Of a stretch of 64,000 nt of DNA, positions 38,456-50,680 are shown one piece after another (position 1 is the stretch's first letter; the number at the start of each line of letters is the position of its first letter). The notes beneath the pieces were generated by a model, which saw only the letters and a list, made by a program, of their open reading frames with translations, did no database searches and had not been told where the DNA came from. Source of the stretch: Lingula anatina. Its lineage: Eukaryota; Animalia; Brachiopoda. Where the stretch lies: the NCBI GenBank assembly GCA_051362555.1, contig CM120648.1, positions 8,490,587 through 8,554,586 of the forward strand, given 5' to 3'. The position numbers and the translations under genes are program-made.

Positions 38456-39599
38456 CCATCATTGGTGTTTTTCAAAACTTCCAAGAACCCTTGTTTTGCA
38501 AAGGCAACTAGTAACTTCAGATACATAGACAACACATGGTATCACAATCATTGGTGTTTTTCGAAACTTCAAGAACCCTTGTTTTGCGTAGGCAACTCTC
38601 AAGACCCTGCAGGAACTGGTAAAAACACGGTCAAAAGCTTTCAATATTGCGTCATTTCCCTCTCGAACTTGTCGCCCATGGGGAGGATGCACAATTTTCC
38701 CATCAATATGTCATTTCTTGACAGAGAGATAACAAGCTGACAGTGTGCTGAGGGTCAATTAGCTATGATGTCTTTGGATCTGACCAGCTGATCCAAATCA
38801 TATCCAGCAAGATGAAATGACTTTGATTGCTACTTGAACAACCATTTGGAAGACTTTGATTGTCTCTAAGGAAACATCACCCTGAGATTTTTGGTGAACC
38901 TCTTTCTTGACATGTTCCTCCAGTCCACATGGGAAATAACTTTTTCACAATTAGATTTAAGACTACTCCAATCTTGCACATCGTCAAACAAGTTTCTTTG
39001 GTGCATTCTTGTTCATCTTGTGTAAGGGTCTTTGTAATCTCATCTTTTCTGATGTGGTGGCCAAAACCTTTAGTTTCATTCTTGAGATGGTTTGTAAGAT
39101 ATTCTCAGACTCACTTTGAATAGTTTCTTTAAGCTTACACCATAAAATGTTCCAAAAATGTTTAGTAGCTTTCCTACTGATTTAAATTCGGACACTGTGA
39201 GCTTCTTTTGCATATTCTTGGATGGTGTCCAAAAAAAAAAAAAAAAAAAATGGACATGAATGATGAATTTCACCATGTTTTGTCCATGTTTTCACCATTT
39301 ATTTATTTTCAAATAAAGACCAAAGGAACTATTTAATGCAATAGAATTATATGGCAAAAGATCAAACACTTATTAATTGTTTTTCTAAAATCCTCCATAC
39401 ACTTAATAATCTCTGTAAATAAGGTTATTATTATTATTATTATTATTATTGATTTGTTTTCTATGGGTTTTGATTTCTTTTTTTAGGTTTATAAATTATG
39501 AATTAATTTTATTTGTAACAGTAATTAACATGCAAAAATGATAAAAGAACACTACTTTAGGGTCTATGAGGAATGGGTTGTCTGTGAGAACAGATGATT

Positions 39600-39648
<49 letters not shown>

Positions 39649-41935
39649 TTTTGTTTTTATGTTTAGAATGGATTAATCAGTACTTACAAAACAGAAAATG
39701 CATGAAGGCAGAATACACATGCTGTTATTATGTTTTTCATCATGAGTAATCAATACCCAGACTAAGCCCAAACTAGCCAACAGGATTGGCATGAAAGTAC
39801 AGCCTAACATGACTGAAATTTGTCAAATTAAAAATAAACAGAGCTTTCTACCTAAGGAGAACTGATGTAGTTTTTTAATACTGTAAGTTGTATTATAATT
39901 AAATTACGAAAATATTGAGTAGAATACATACTAAGGGAGGTAGACTGATATATCATTGCGTGCACATTTCTAATCAAAACTCCATTCAGCACAGAGGAAT
40001 CAGTAACACAGACAACACCTGGCATCGCTATCATTAGTGAGAAACTTCAAGAACCCTTGTTTTGCGTAGGCAGCTATCAAGACCCTGCAGGAACTGGTAA
40101 ACACGAGTCGAAAGCTTTCAATACTGCGTCATTTCCCTTGATCTTGTCGCCCATGGGGAGGATGCACAATTTTCCCATCAATATGTCCCCTCTTGACAGA
40201 CAGATAACAAGCTGACAGTGTGCTGAGGGTCAGTTAGCTATGATGTCTTTAGTTCTGACCAGCTGATCCTAATCATATCCAGCAAGATGAAATGACTTCT
40301 ATTGCTACTTGAACAACCATTTGGAAAACTTTGATTGTCTCTAAGGAAACATCACCTATGCCCCTGAGATTTTTGGTGAACCTCTTTCTTGACATGTTCC
40401 TCCAGTCTACACGAGAAATAACTTTTTCACAGTTAAGCTTAGACCATAAAATGTTCCAAAAATGTTTAGTAACTTTTCTACTGATTTAAAGTCAGACACT
40501 AAGCGTCTTTTGCATATTCTTGGATAGTGTCCAAAAAATGGACATGGCTGGTGAATTTCACCACCATTTGTCTTGACATTTATTATTATTTTTTTTTTTT
40601 TCAAATGAGGGTCAAAGGAACTATTTTATGAACAGAATTATATAGCAAAAGACCAAACACTTAGTACTAGTACTAATATTGTCTTTCTAAAATCCTCCAT
40701 ACTCTTAATCTTCGTAAATTAGGTTATTAATTTTTTTCTTTTTTTTAACATGGATTTTAATATTTATCTATTGGTTTGTAAATTATGAATTAATTTTATA
40801 TGTAACAGTAATTAACATGCATGTTTTATAATAAGGAACAACAATTAAAAAATGACACTACTGTAGGGTGTGTGAGGATTGGGTTGTCTGTAAGAACAGA
40901 TGATTTTTTTTCATTATGTTTTTATGTTTAGAATGGATTAATCAGTACAAAAAAAAAAAAAAAAAATGCACAAAGGCAGACTACCTATGTTGTAATTATG
41001 CTATTTTTCATCAAAAATCAATACCTAGACCAAGACAAAGCTAGCCAAGAGGATGAAGGTGACAACCTAAATGACTGAAATTTGTCAAATCAGAAAAATA
41101 AAAAGAGATCTCTACCATAAGAAGGACTTATGAATTTTTAAAATATTTTAAATTGTATAATAACTAAATTTAGCGGATATTGAAAAGAATATATACTAAG
41201 GCAGGTAGACTGATTTATCATCGCGTGCACATTACTAATCAAAACTCCATTCAGCATAGAGGTATTTTAGTAACATACACAACACATGGCATCACGATCA
41301 TTTTTCAAGACTTCAAGAACCCATGTTTTGCGTAGGCAACTATCAAGACATCCATTACCTCGCACAAACTGGTAAACATGTCAAAAGTTTACAATACTTT
41401 TACCCTTACAATACTTTCTAGTAATTTCCTTCTCAAATGTCTTGTTATCACTTTATGTATTGGCTCTTTCACAATTAGGGGTACAAAATAGGGGTCACAT
41501 TGAGAGAAAAATGAACTCTGATGCATGTGTTTAATTTTGTAACAGATAAAAAGAATAACATCTCAACTATGACATCCAACATTTTCAGAACACAATATTA
41601 ATTTTTTTTTGTTTTACGTTCAAATTAACAGAACGCCTCTTAGGCTATGATTTGGGGGTACGGACAATACACATTCAAGTAACTGATGCTTTTGTAACTG
41701 AAATATCATATTGTTTACCAGTTATTTTTGCCAACATTCTAAAATATCAAAATAAATATATAACAACAGTACTTTAACCAAAAGGATACAAGTACATGTA
41801 TTAATCAAAATATTTTTTGGAGAAACACCACAGCACGTTTTTCAGTGGATGCTGGCGCTTGGTTGTGTGTCATTCTGTTTTACTTTTATTCACCAGACAT
41901 TAATTTAAACTTTTTCTTTCTGTTGCTTGGTCTTT

Positions 41936-41982
<47 letters not shown>

Positions 41983-44900
41983 TTGATTGATTGATTGATT
42001 TTTGTTTCCGTCTTGATTCTTGTATTTCGAGTCTTTTCTTCTTTTTCATCTCTCGTTAATTTGCACCTCTTGCTCTGCTGCTTTCAGGATTGTTGGGTTT
42101 CTGCTTCTCCTTGACTCTCTGTCAGTATGCCCTTATTTCTTTCTCTCATCTTTAGTCTTTCTTGCTGGACCAGCCTTGGATGATTCTTCATTTTTTGCTT
42201 CTCTGCTATGTTACGTCCATTCAACATCTTCCTTACGTGCTTCAGCATGACTACTAGCTCTTTGACGTTTTTTTTTTTTTTTTTTTCAAATTATTTTTAC
42301 TGACAGTAAAAATTTCAGGTTTCCCTTTTCTTTTCCTATTTGGCTTTTGTTCATTGTCATCCATGTTTGATACTCTATCCACTGAGATAAATATACCTCT
42401 GTTAATTATGCATATATTGTAGTGTCCGCACCCCCTCAAAATATATCATATACATTAATCCATAGAATATGAAATTGGAAGCAATATTGCTCATTTTGAA
42501 TGCAAAGAACTCGGTATCTTTAATGATATTATTTTTTTTGCAAAATGTCTTGCCTGACTCTTATTAATTAGTATCACTTTATCGAATATACATTTATATA
42601 CAATGTTTTTGCTACACGTCATAGGACATGAATGCATTTTATACAATCTAGAACAATATTTTGTACCATATTTTGAAGTTTTATCATCATTGATAAGTAG
42701 CCAGTTATCCAATGGTTAATGTATAACTTGGGGGGTACGGACACTACAGTAGGGGTACGGACACTACATAATTCTTGCATATCTTTTCATAATAAGGGGC
42801 AATGTGTTATTTTCTTCCTGAAAATAAGTGTCAGTGTGGACATACATAAAATAATAAAATCAGACAGAATATGCTGTGATTCCTATATAGAACAGATAGG
42901 GGGGTACGGACACTACAAAAATTAGGACACACCAAGGGGCTCATGATTATAAATGCCATAGCATTATTAATAATGGTTACATATGCACAAATCCTTTATT
43001 ATGTTTAAGTCATAACATGGGAAATTCATCTTATTATCGCGTAGGTGATTTCAAAGTAATATTTGGCCTTATCAAATATGGTTTTCATTGCATTAACAAA
43101 AATAAGTAAAATGTGTACAAAAGCCTGTTTCAGCAAAATGGTAAAAATAATTTTTTTCTCAGAACATTTCTTTGGAAGAACCTGCTAGAAGAGAAGACAT
43201 GTTGTGGGAATTATATACCAATATCACATTCACCATAAATCATTGCCATAAAGAGCTAGTACATCATATTTCCTTTTTGAACACATAATTGGCTATATTT
43301 TTATGTACAGACTACACTGCTCTATTGATATTTTTCCCATCTCATCAATTTTCTTAGTTGATCATATAAAAATGGCAGTAAACTGTTAATTTTGTTTAAT
43401 GTTAAAAATTGTTAAAAATGGAAAAAAAAATTCAGAACAGTGCTGTCTTGTTTACATTTTGGCATTTTCAAGTTGTAACTTTGAAGTTCCATGGGCCTGA
43501 AGACCTTTGCTAGTCACATTTTCTGAATATCCATGATACTAATATTTTATTATTAAAAATTGATGGTCAATATGCTGTTAAACATTATGTAATATTGCAT
43601 CAAAATTTGAAAAAAACCTATTTTGGGCACTGCTCCCATGCTGACCATTTAAGAAAAACCATGTCACTTCAGAATCTCAGAATGGAAGAAATTGGACATT
43701 TAACACTGTTTTATTGATATTTTTCCCATCTCATCAATTTTCTTAGTTGATCATATAAAAATGGCAGTAAACTGTTAATTTTGTTTCATGTTAAAAATTG
43801 TAAAAAATGGGAAAAAAAAAACATTTCAGAACAGTGCTGTCTTGTTTACATTTTGGCATTTTCAAGTTGTGACTTTGAAGTTCCATGGGCCTGAAGACCT
43901 TTGCTATTTACATTTTCTGAATATCCGTGATACTTATATTTTTTTATTAAAAATTGATGGTCATTTTGCTGTTAAACATTATGTAATATTGCATCAAAAT
44001 TTGAAAAAAACCTATTTTGGACACTGCTCCCATGATGACCATTTAAGAAAAACCATGTCAACTACTGTTCTCAAACAGTACAGTAAATATATATAGATGT
44101 GTCTGTACATATTGCCATCACCTGCGTCTGTCGTCGCCGGCGCCGTGCACTTTCATTGTAAACACGATAAGTGGAAGGCAGTTTTACTTTTGGGCTTTAT
44201 ATTTACAAGCTGATGAATATTCATAAAACACAGGTCAAGTTCGAAAATCAGCATGATCGTGCCATTATTGCAGAAGTTATGCTTTTTTTTTTCACTTTTC
44301 GGCATACATGCAACACTGTAAACACATTTCAAGGAAAACCGATAGGCCTGTTGTCATGAAACTCACAGGAGTAATTATCTTACTAAAACGCAAGTCAAGT
44401 TCGAAAATCGGCATGCAGCCTGAGTTGGAAAAGCAGTCTAATTGGCTTCTTTTTCTGGAAGTTATACATTTTCAAAGTGTGAACTTGAACTCCCATGGGC
44501 CTGAAGCCTTATGCTTGTTACACATTTTACTTACATTGGTATTACCTGTTGAGCATAATTAAAATTTGATGTTGAATTTGCAGTTTAACATAATGTACTT
44601 TTGCATCAAAATTGACAGTAGCCTATTTTGTGCATAGTTATTTCCTGCTTTTTGTCTGTACATTTGACAGCTTTGCTGCCTTGTTGTAAATTGTAGTCCA
44701 ATTATTATAATTCTTTTTTTTTATTTTGCTCCTATGAACAGTGTCTTTGATATCAGTCTATCAGCAATCTCTAATCATAAATTGCTAATTTATCAGACAC
44801 TTGTAACATTAACCACATTTAATTGTTCACCCTGATTGTGAAACAGCCGTATATATGTAGTACTTATCACTTCTAAGCTTGCCATCCACATAGGTCACAT

Positions 44901-46141
44901 AGGTACCTTTTGTTTTACCAGACAGTCAAGCTAGTTCAATGACAAGCTGATAACAAGCTGACAGCTTGTTTAGAGTCCAATTAGCCATTGATGCCTTGCG
45001 TTATAACAATCTGATCACTAGCACATTATCCTGTAAAAGGAGACCACTTGGCTCGCTGACACGCACTTCTTGAGATTTTACTGCAAACTTCTATTCATAT
45101 AATAATGAGTATTCAGCAAAATTGCTGAAATTCCCAAGAAAGTATGGTCTTCCTTGTAATATTGGTGCAAACTTGCATGTTTTTTTTTTCTTGCAAACTT
45201 GCCACAAATTAATGTGAAAGTATGGTTTTCTCGTGAACTTGCCACAAACCCATTTGTAAGATATGATTTTTTCATTATGTTTTTATGTTAAGAATGGATT
45301 AATCAGTACAAAAAAAAAAAGGGAATGCAGACTACCTATGTTGTAATTATGCTATTTTTCATCAAAAATCAATACCTAGACCAAGACAAAGCTAGCCAAG
45401 AGGATGGGCATGAAGGTGACAACCTTAATGACTGAAATTTGTCAAATCAAAAAATAAAAAGAGATCTCTACCGTAAGAAGGACTTATGAATTTTTAAAAT
45501 ATTTTAAATTGTATAATAACTAAATTTAGCGGATATTGAATAGAATACATACTAAGGCAGGTAGACTGATTTATCATCGCGTGCACATTACTAATCAAAA
45601 CTCCATCCAGCATAGAGGTATTTCAGGTAACATGCACAACACATGGCATCACGATCATTGGTGTTTTTCAAGACTTCAAGAACCCATGTTTTGCGTAGGC
45701 AACTATCAAGACATCCATTACCTCGCACAAACTGGTAAACATGTCAAAAGTTTACAAAACTTTTACCCTTACAATACTTTCTAATAATTTCCTTCTCAAA
45801 TGTCTTTTTATCACCTTATGTATATGTGTAGTACTTATCACTTCAAAGCTTGCCATCCACATAGGTACCTTTTGTTTTACCAGACAATCAAGCTAGTTCA
45901 ATGACAAGCTGATAACAAGCTGACAGCTTGTTTAGAGTCCAATTAGCCATTGATGCCCTGGGTTATAACAACCTGATCACTAGCATATTATCCTGTAAAA
46001 GGAGACAACTTGGCTCGCTGACACGCACTTCTTAAGATTTTACTGCAAACTTCTATTCATATGAGTTTTCAGCAAAATTGCCACAAATTAATGTGAAAGT
46101 ATGGTTTTCTCGTGAACTTGCCACAAACCCATTTGTAAGAT
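38456..46141. repeat. Zone of nested local duplications
   Basis: Approximate matching blocks: 38563-40035 with 40041-41300 (the second copy lacks about 185 bp), 40900-41460 with 45262-45820, 43314-43666 with 43703-44060, and 44852-45262 with 45822-46141. Confidence 0.9.
44105..44420 (+). mobile_element. Fragment resembling a Helentron-associated non-autonomous element (HINE/DINE-like)
   Basis: TTGCCATCACCTGCGTCTGTCGTCGCCGGCGCCGT end motif followed by repeated GTCAAGTTCGAAAATCRGCATG units, as recalled for mollusc Helentron-type repeats. Confidence 0.45.
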
Positions 46142-46806
46142 CTGCTTCTTTCCAACCAGTCACTTTTTTGAAAGTGTAAAAGTTCTGTATATTTCCAGTA
46201 AAATGTTAATATTCCAGCAAATATTTGCAGCAAATGTTATTCTCTTTGCAACATCCTGCAAACTGTTATAAATATATTAAAAAAAGTTATCTACATTTTT
46301 TTTTTTTTGCCTGTTTGATTTGAACATACTGTAAATGTATATATATATATATATGCAACAAATGTAAACGGCATTGCTACAGACAGATTATGCAAAATAC
46401 AGTGCAGAACCCATGAGTACAATTACATGAATGCAGCACATGATATATTCCTTTTACATTTTTTGCTTTCACATATGTAATTTTTTTTTTGTTTGTTTGT
46501 TTTTCAGAACCAGAAACAAATACAAGATGTGGTCACATAAAGAAGAAACAAAAGAAAATGCAGTGAACACTCCATAGCAGTCTGCTGCTCACTACCAATC
46601 ACTGTATTTTATTATATGGACCCCCTTATTGTCAAAACCAACAAGAAAAAAAAGTTCTAAAACTTCTGTAAGTTCCTTTTAACTGGATACAACAAATGAA
46701 ACAATCTTAAAACTTTATTGCAGATGCATTCCTAACTACGAATAATGAGATGAAATCAAAATTTGGTCTTGATGCGGTATAGCCTCACCAGCAGAGTGAT
46801 AATGCA

Positions 46807-49800
46807 ATGGCAGCGAAAGACACAAGACTCCACGAAGCAGTGCGTTACTGTGATATCGATCAGGTGCGTGAGGCGCTCAAGGATCGTCTTAGTCCCAATG
46901 ACATTGGGTTGTACCAGTGGAGTGCCCTGCATGAGGCAGCACAGCAGGGAGAGCTGGAGATTCTAAGGCTGTTGCTGAAACATAAAGGTAAAAAAAGGAA
47001 CCATTCCCATAACCCTGTGGCACTAGCTGGATCGATCTAACTCCTTGGGGATTCACACTAAATTGCACGCAGTTTAAGTGGCTGAAATGTTTGGCACACC
47101 CCCTGGTAATTTCAAGTACTGGTACTTGGGTAAAGTTGGAAAAACTTTGTTGTCCATGATTTTGTTCATATTGCTCTGCTTTGCCAGACAATTAAGAGGT
47201 TTTTACAGAGTATAGCCCTTTATGGAGGTCACGTGGTCCAATGACAAGCACAGATTTCAGAATAATTGCTATAACTGCTGTGTTTGTGGTAATATAAATT
47301 ATATTTCTATGAGTTGTTTACAATGTATTTAGTGTGAAATATAGATCTCATTTGAAGAGTTGTTATCCCTTTAATAACTGAACGTACATTTATTTTTTAA
47401 CACCAGGAGACCCAAATAAAAAGGACCACCTGAGAAACTGCACAGCGGTACACTATGCAGCAAAAGAGGGCCATATGGAATGTCTAAAACTGCTGATTAA
47501 ATATGGCGGTAGATATGATGTCCTCAACAGTGATGGGGAGTCCCCACTAGATGTCGCTGTGGGAGAATGTGAGAATTTGTTACAGACTCAAAGTAAGTAA
47601 CGCGATCATTTATTACTAGGGCTTGAAGATAAGATTTTTTTATTATGCAGGATTGATATTTTATCATTGTTCTTGGAAAACATTATCCTAAGTCAGATGT
47701 ATTTTCTTTTTTAAATTAAAGTTACTGTATGCAAAATGTTTGTTTTTAGGCATGAATTTATGCAACAGGACATACTATTTCCTAATTTTGTTGCATATTT
47801 TGTTTTTACAGTGGTTCAAGATTTGATAAAAACATCGAGACAAGAGGCAAAACATCAAGCTGAAGAACAAGCAAAAAAACTGGAAGAAAAGAAAAAGAAA
47901 TCTCTTAGTATTGGGGAAAAGAATGACCTTAACCTTGGCCCCAAGGGCAATGAAGATGACCTTGACATTCAAAACATTCCTCGTATTATTGAACCTCAGA
48001 AAGAATCTTCTGGATTAAAGGCTTGGGAAAGTGAAAGGGATGGAAAACAGAAAGATAGTAAGAATTTAAAAAAAACTTATGTTAATTCCATTAACAAGAC
48101 TCAAGGTATAGATTTATGTAAATTTAAAAGAAAATCACACAGCAGTGAATAAACTACAAGAATTTTGATCAAATGACATGAAAAATAATTTTGTTCATGT
48201 GCCTTTCAGTTGTGCATTATTCTTATTTCACACTTAATCACCAGGCTTGAATCAATCCAGATTTTTATGGTTGGATTATATTATCTTATTATTCCAACTT
48301 CACAAATGGCACAATGTACATGTATGACGTAAGACTCCTTTTTTCCGCACACTCATAATTCGAGTCATCTTTATGTTTCAGATTCTGCATACTTGCAGCT
48401 GTCATTTGAGTATAACTCCCATAAAGCCAACCTGAAGATCCGCGTCTGGCAGATTAGCAATATCTTACTGCCACCTCGTGAGTTGACAAATATACTAATA
48501 ATTTCTATATTTTAATGCAGTTTAATAGATCATTTTTCAGGCATGTGATGATCATTCATCTGAAATGCTACTTTTAAGTATAAAATGTGATATTAAAACA
48601 TCAAATGCCCATTGGAATTTCATTTCAACCATGTATCTAAATCAGAAGGCCCTTATCCCCAGGAAAATTAGAGCCTCAAGGTTTGCATAACAGGAAAAAA
48701 TGTAGAGGTGTGCAAATCATTCTCTATATGTAAGATTTTTTTAACTGAAAAAAACCTGTAATCTTTTCTTTTGTTTTAGCTGAGAATTCCATGATCAGCA
48801 CCATCTACATCAAGAGCTACCTGATTCCTGACAAAGATAAAGAGAGCAAAAGGAAAACTGAAGAGGTTAAAGTTCAAAGTAATGCCAAGGGTCAAGGTCA
48901 GACAGAAGAGGTCAAGTTTGATTCGAAAGCAGCTCAGAAGGATGACGGTAACCATCCACCAATTCAAATCACCCAAGTCGTGTTCACACCTTCAACTTTT
49001 AAGTTTTCAAAACCATTGGAGTATGCAAACCTTACCAAGGAAATAGTGAAAGACAGGACAGTAGATATTCAAGTGTTTGTGACGCAGAAATTCACCAGGA
49101 AGAGTTACATCATCGCTTATACGCGGATTCCACTCAGAAGTGCAGTGAAAAAACTTATCAGGGAGAAATTCCCCCTGACCCCTTGCATGGGAAAGGGGAT
49201 TCCTGACAGCATGAAAGTATATAGCTCCAGTGAATATCTACCACATCATGCCTATAGGAATTTCAGTAGCGATCCTAATCTTAGGCATCCATCAATGGCA
49301 AGTCTTTTTGTGCCTCACGCAGAGCGTGCATCCAGTGACACAAATCTGCGACAGATTAAAAGCGAGGAGCCTGTCCACAAGACGCCTTCTGTGGAAATTA
49401 CTGTCCAACCTGACAGAGAAGGAGCTGCTGCTGATGATGGTGATGATGAATACCTTGCTGCGGTCAGAGTTCACAGTGCCAAAGAACGCCATGCAGGACA
49501 GAGTAAAAGCATGTTAAATTTGAGCATCCCAATGCCGGGTGAGATCTCCTCTGCTGATGAACCAGAGCAGGTCAGAGTACTCAAATATGAACATCCTAGC
49601 TCCACTTATGTCAAAATGCCTGGTGCCATGAAAAAACTAGAACGTCGCAAAAGTTTGAGCACCCCGGAACTTACCACCACAGATGATTCAGAGATGAGTG
49701 AATTGGACAGCTCTTTGAATAGTCAGAAAGGGGGGCTTGTAGGGAGAATGACTCAGCAGAGACGGGATGTTTTATCACAGCTAGAAAAAGGGAAAAGACG

Positions 49801-50680
49801 GACAAAGATAGACAGGGTGGCCAGGCGAGTCCAGTCACCTCTTGTGGAAGCGGAGACCAGTTTCTCCAACATCGCTGGTGTACATCAAGGTCCAAGTACA
49901 ATTGTGTCATTAGGGCGACGAAAGTCACAGTGTAAGAGCCCTGAAGTATTGAGGTCTTTGTCCCCTCCAGTTACAGTTTCAATAGAAACAACAACGCGCG
50001 TCAATTCATTGAGTCCCACCCCTCATAGTGTGGGTCATTATATTGCTGAACATGAGCATAAGGAAAATGAACAGACACATTTGCCATCTATACAGACACG
50101 CAAGTCGCTGCGCTCAGCATCCAAATCCAATCACCGACCACCTTCTGTCCCAGGAAAGGCGGCCATTGTTGACTCAGCTGTCCACTTTGAGGATGACCTG
50201 ACTGGACAGAGGTCACCAGGAAAACAATATATAGGTGGACGTAGAGACAGTTTGCAATCATTCCAACCCAAACCAGTTAGAGATTACTCCCCAGCTAAAT
50301 CACCCACAAGAACTAGGTCAAGGTTATCAGGGGGTCAAGTTCATCAAGGCCAAGGTTGCCACAGTAGGAGTGGGACAGGTTCAAGCAGAGATTCTGATAC
50401 GCCCACTCCAAGTCCTAGGGAGTCCATAGAAATGAGACATCTAGATAGGGATGAGTTACGGAAACAGTATTTGGACAGGGCAGCAAAAATCACCATGACA
50501 GCGACCCCTGAGGTCAGAGTTAGAATGTTTCAAAGAACTGGGAGGGAGCCACACCCTGCCACACCCCACCATCTCAGAGGAAAGCATCAGTTTTCAGATA
50601 ATCCTGAGGATGACAGTTTGGACCCCTTTTATATTCCAGGAACTCCAGTTGACTCTCCTGCCCATGGAGGGAAAAAGTGA
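46807..50680 (+). CDS. Ankyrin repeat + C2 domain protein with long Ser/Pro/Arg-rich tail (5 coding exons, about 885 aa)
   Basis: Exons 46807-46987, 47407-47592, 47812-48105, 48382-48477 and 48780-50680, all phase-1 GT-AG junctions (2658 nt). ANK motifs SALHEAAQQGELEILRLLLKHKGDPN, TAVHYAAKEGHMECLKLLIKYG and ESPLDVA. C2-like AYLQLSFEYNSHKANLKIRVW..YIKSYLIPDKDKESKRKT..RTVDIQV. Confidence 0.88.
47205..47370. mobile_element. Partial copy of the Kolobok-like MITE at 19436-19773
   Basis: Shares ACAGAGTATAGC..ATGGAGGTCACGTGGTC..TATATTTCTATGAGTTGTT..AAGAGTT..CCCT|TTAA with the first copy. Confidence 0.8.

Noticed and set aside
38462-38740. Short ORFs repeated in the duplicated blocks (also 45536-45784 and 43788-44096)
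   Set aside because: The frames are not preserved between duplicate copies, so they are repeat-derived.
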